From positions 109,929,830 to 109,978,202 of the forward strand of contig NC_068983.1 of NCBI RefSeq assembly GCF_001194135.2: a stretch of DNA of 48,373 nt, given 5' to 3'. This DNA is from Octopus bimaculoides (Eukaryota). Positions 45,746-48,373 of this stretch are shown piece by piece; position 1 is the stretch's first letter; each line of letters opens with the position of its first letter. The notes below the pieces were generated by a model. It saw only the letters and a list, made by a program, of their open reading frames with translations, was not told where the DNA came from and made no database searches. A program made the translations under genes and the position numbers.

Positions 45746-48332
45746 GAATATTTGAAAGATCATGCATATAATTTGTATGTGTGTGAAGCTGAGTAATGAA
45801 AGACTGAATCATTAAAAGTTTGCAATGAAATATGAGCTCTACTCAATGTATTGAGTGCTGTTTTCTTTCATTTATACACATAAATGTACACATACACTCA
45901 GATACCTCTCATGTGCATGTGTGTGTGTTATATCTGTATATGTAATATAACAATCTCGCCAAGCATTTTATGTTACCTTCAGGCATTTATAGTTATTATA
46001 CTGGAAAATACATATAAGCTGGACATTTTTATTTTAGATATCTTTCTAATTCATGTGGATATGCAGTATTTCATATACTGTATTGTTATTGTTATCATCA
46101 ATATTTGTTTGCGTGTTCTAAATTTATTGGTTTGAATTGATTTTATCAAATATTTCGTTTTGAAATAGAGGAAATGTGTTAATGAAAGTGTAATAATGTC
46201 CTGTTATAAAATGTAACATGAAGGATGTTGTATTAAAATGTTTTTAAAAGGAATCCATGCTGAAAGCTTAAATCAGTTTTTTTTTTTTTTTTTTTTTTTT
46301 GATGCAAAAGATACTAGTTACGGTTGAATGATGGAAAGCTGCAAATTACATATAAGTATTTTACAAGATATGAAGTTTATGTTTTTCTTAGATTAAATGT
46401 TTTCTAGTATTATAATACAATTTCATCAAAGCCATATTCTACGTAAATTCCAAGATGAGATTTGGTTTCATAGAATTCATGCCTTGTGTTAATGGAAAAT
46501 ATGACAATGACTGTCTTGCATTAACTTAAAACCCCACGTTTTCATCAATATCATTTACATATACATCTAATCAGTAAATTTTATATCTAATATTAGTATC
46601 ACTAACTTTATCCATTAGACATTTTGTTAAATTAATAGAATATTGTTTGGTCAGCAAATTCATATTTCTTGCTCCAATCACAAGATTAAAGTTGCTGTGT
46701 AGCTATGTTTTACTGTGGGTCTTTGTAACCTCTGTAATGAACTGCAATAGGTATCATTTCCTCTTTGTTGAAGTCTAAAACTAAAGGGGTGGCAACCTCA
46801 AAATTACGAAGGTTTCATTGCAGTTGTAACCAAAATATAGTTATTGTGGTAGGAAAGATGTATCAGTTCTTTATAGCAGATAGAAGAAATGTTAATATGA
46901 AAAACAATAAAACTGCTAACTTGTCTACTAAAGAATGTTTTGGCATGTTTCTCATAAGTGTTAAGATGTCTTTTTGTTTTGCATATTACTTTTTAAAAAA
47001 TATTTATTTTCAATCATGCAACATCCTACTATTATTTTTAAAATTGTTTTTTTTATTTTTATTACATTCTATAACATTATAACATCAAAAAATTCCATTT
47101 CAACTGTTTGCATTAAATTTAAATACTAGTGAAAAGAAAGACTAAAAAATTTGCTTTGAAATAGGACTTAAATAGTTGTCTTTGCATAAGATTTTGTGTT
47201 TCTTTTTTTTAATATTCATTTTTAGAAAGTTGGCAGCTATGCAATGTCTCTTATTTTTTTGTTCAAAATATGTAAAAATGTTGGTATTCCTATACTAATA
47301 CTTTATGTTATTGTATATATATATATATATATATATATCTTCATTTGTTATTGGTTTCAATCATGTATTGGGTAAATGTTCATGGGGGAAAATTTTGAGA
47401 GCTAGAATGTGAAATTTACAAAATATGAAACAACTGTTATTTGTTAAATCTGTTTTTAAAGTGTGAAGATAAACATATACAAATGTTGTTTTCTTTTAAA
47501 TTTTAGTTAACGATATACTATATGGAAAGGGAAATTTATTTTCTTGATTCCATATATTCTTACTGTTTTAATGAAAACTTTCTGGGTGTTCTCTCACTGT
47601 CTTATAATAAAAAAAAAATGAAACATGGCGACCATATATATATAGACCACACGAAGTTATACATATCTTGTAACAAAATATGGAAGTGCATGCAATATTA
47701 AATCATTCTGTTAATGCAAAAAAGGAGTTCTCTAATACACTGACAATAATAACGTTACAAAAAAAAAAAACATGTATTTTATATTAATGTCAATAAAAAT
47801 ATCACTCAATAAAATTTACTGCTTTTAAATTTTCATTGATAGTGTAAACATGTCATTTAACTAAATTCTCAACACAGTTGCACATTTAATATTTCTGTTA
47901 TCTAACATATTTACTGAAATATATTTGTGGTGCAAAAGGCAAATGCAAATCATATTTACCATCTACTATTGTAGATTTCTATTAGAATACATTATTGAAA
48001 TATGTAAATGCAAATTTTCCTCATTAGATAGTTACAAACTTTGTCACGATTTGTATTAAGAGATGGAGATATTAGAATCGTACTCCTTGTTCTCATGAGT
48101 TTGAATAGTTTTGTAAGTACTTTATTGGTATTTATTTTATTCATGCTCATAAATATATGCTACTACTAAGTAAATTATTATTTGGTGAAAGAAAGCATTA
48201 CTAAAGAGATTATATAAGCATTTTGTACTAGTGTTTCGGTTTTCAGCGTTACACATTCTGGCGAGAATATACTATTCTAGAACTTAGTTTTATTGTTTCT
48301 GTGACTACATGCAAATAACGTGTATGTCTTTA

Positions 48333-48334
<2 letters not shown>

Positions 48335-48373
<39 letters not shown>
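48335..48373. repeat. (TA)n microsatellite
   Basis: Read directly. Confidence 0.95.

Noticed and set aside
46715-46815. Minus-strand frame NLRNFEVATPLVLDFNKEEMIPIAVHYRGYKDPQ
   Set aside because: Short, with weak splice sites, no partner exons and no recognisable family

Overview
AT-rich eukaryotic genomic scaffold with four N gaps (670-919, 2307-2383, 17226-17235, 45341-45667) and many (TA)n/(CA)n/(AAT)n tracts. The SINE, Penelope and mariner types suggest a coleoid cephalopod, probably Octopus; this is recognition from memory, not a database result. Most of the window is one spliced + strand gene. I reconstruct 17 coding exons from 8997 to a TGA at 42477-42479, all joined by GT-AG introns with matching phases, giving 3103 nt and about 1033 aa. 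The 5' end and signal peptide were not found with confidence. The product is an unrecognised membrane glycoprotein: a Cys-rich and beta-rich N-terminal ectodomain of about 390 aa, five predicted TM segments, two large outer loops (about 250 and 150 aa), two short Cys-rich inner loops and a short basic tail. All 13 N-glycosylation sequons fall in predicted extracellular segments. The introns hold an inverted Penelope-like element pair with hammerhead-ribozyme and tRNA-like remnants, LINE and mariner relics, several tRNA-derived SINE families and a near-perfect 48-bp hairpin. Most short entries in the ORF track are microsatellite or AT-bias artefacts.
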